Source: an uncultured virus (IMG/VR IMGVR_UViG_3300032220_001739)
Lineage: Duplodnaviria; Heunggongvirae; Uroviricota; Caudoviricetes
IMG/VR virus record: IMGVR_UViG_3300032220_001739
Strand: one strand, 5' to 3'
DNA: 57,495 bases
This document shows, piece by piece, positions 57,145 through 57,495 of this stretch. The translations under genes and the position numbers were made by a program. Positions within the stretch are counted from its first letter, which is position 1, and each line of letters opens with the position of its first letter. Under the pieces are notes generated by a model. That model was not told the origin of the DNA. It saw nothing but the letters and a program-made list of their open reading frames with translations, and made no database searches.

Positions 57145-57495
57145 ATGAGGAAAGAGCATTCAAAACTTATCGATAAAGTTATATCCAGTTTAGATTGGGA
57201 TTCTATTTTTGATGTCTATAAAGCATTCAAAATGGGAATAGGTGAGGGTAGCAATGTTATACCTGGCATTAAAAGAAAACCTTTTAGCGATTCTCTTACC
57301 AAAAATGACATAAAGGGAGAGCTTAAGACTATACTAAAACAGGTAGTAGACGGGGATATATCCGACATAACATACGGTCCTTGGATCATAAACTGGGACA
57401 ATGGCGACTGGGAGCCTGTTGAGGATGAGATGGACGAGGATATCGATGACCAGGAGGAGGAAAATATTGAAGATCCTAATATAGTAAACTCGAGA
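57145..57495 (+). CDS. 3'-truncated hypothetical protein
   Basis: MRKEHSKLIDKVISSFDWDSIF... is open to the window end and is preceded by ATATATAG. Confidence 0.65.
   Translation, partial: MRKEHSKLIDKVISSLDWDSIFDVYKAFKMGIGEGSNVIPGIKRKPFSDSLTKNDIKGELKTILKQVVDGDISDITYGPWIINWDNGDWEPVEDEMDEDIDDQEEENIEDPNIVNSR

Noticed and set aside
91..57401. Remaining short minus-strand ORFs in the track, and RNA genes
   Set aside because: All the short ORFs overlap well-supported plus-strand genes and have no recognisable motifs. The intergenic gaps are short, and I saw no tRNA or rRNA-like sequence.
1..57495. Stop-codon reassignment as seen in some large Bacteroidota phages
   Set aside because: Conserved genes are full-length in code 11, and TAG (30692, 51366) and TGA (24016, 36512) occur at plausible gene ends.

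Overview
This window is a gene-dense, entirely plus-strand segment of a large T4-superfamily myophage, probably a jumbo phage. It uses the standard genetic code. SD-less, A-rich translation starts and two TAnnTTTG boxes suggest a Bacteroidota host. Layout: (1) 1-18.5 kb, a gp15-like tail terminator and a chain of very large Gly/Ser/Thr-rich fibre or decoration proteins, including two proline-poor (Gly-Thr/Ser-Ser)n proteins and a 'GGxxN' beta-solenoid protein. (2) 18.6-25.2 kb, a glycosylation cassette with about 7 glycosyltransferase-like domains, a methyltransferase, and an Aah/TibC-type protein O-heptosyltransferase homologue. (3) 25.5-38.2 kb, neck, small and large terminase, sheath, two tube-like paralogues, a gp26-like/chaperone pair and a tape-measure-like gene. 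(4) 38.2-48.1 kb, dCMP deaminase, ECF sigma, PD-(D/E)xK nuclease, membrane proteins, a large prohead-core-like protein with a candidate -1 frameshift, gp55-like late sigma, gp4 and gp2. (5) 48.1-51.4 kb, two tandem full-length portal paralogues. (6) 51.5-57.5 kb, ligase, GIY-YIG homing endonuclease, clamp loader, guanylate kinase-like kinase and RNase H. Best candidates for new biology: a phage-encoded virion O-glycosylation system next to its likely Ser/Thr substrates, the duplicated portal, and two candidate frameshifts. All family assignments come from motif recognition by eye; no database searches were run.
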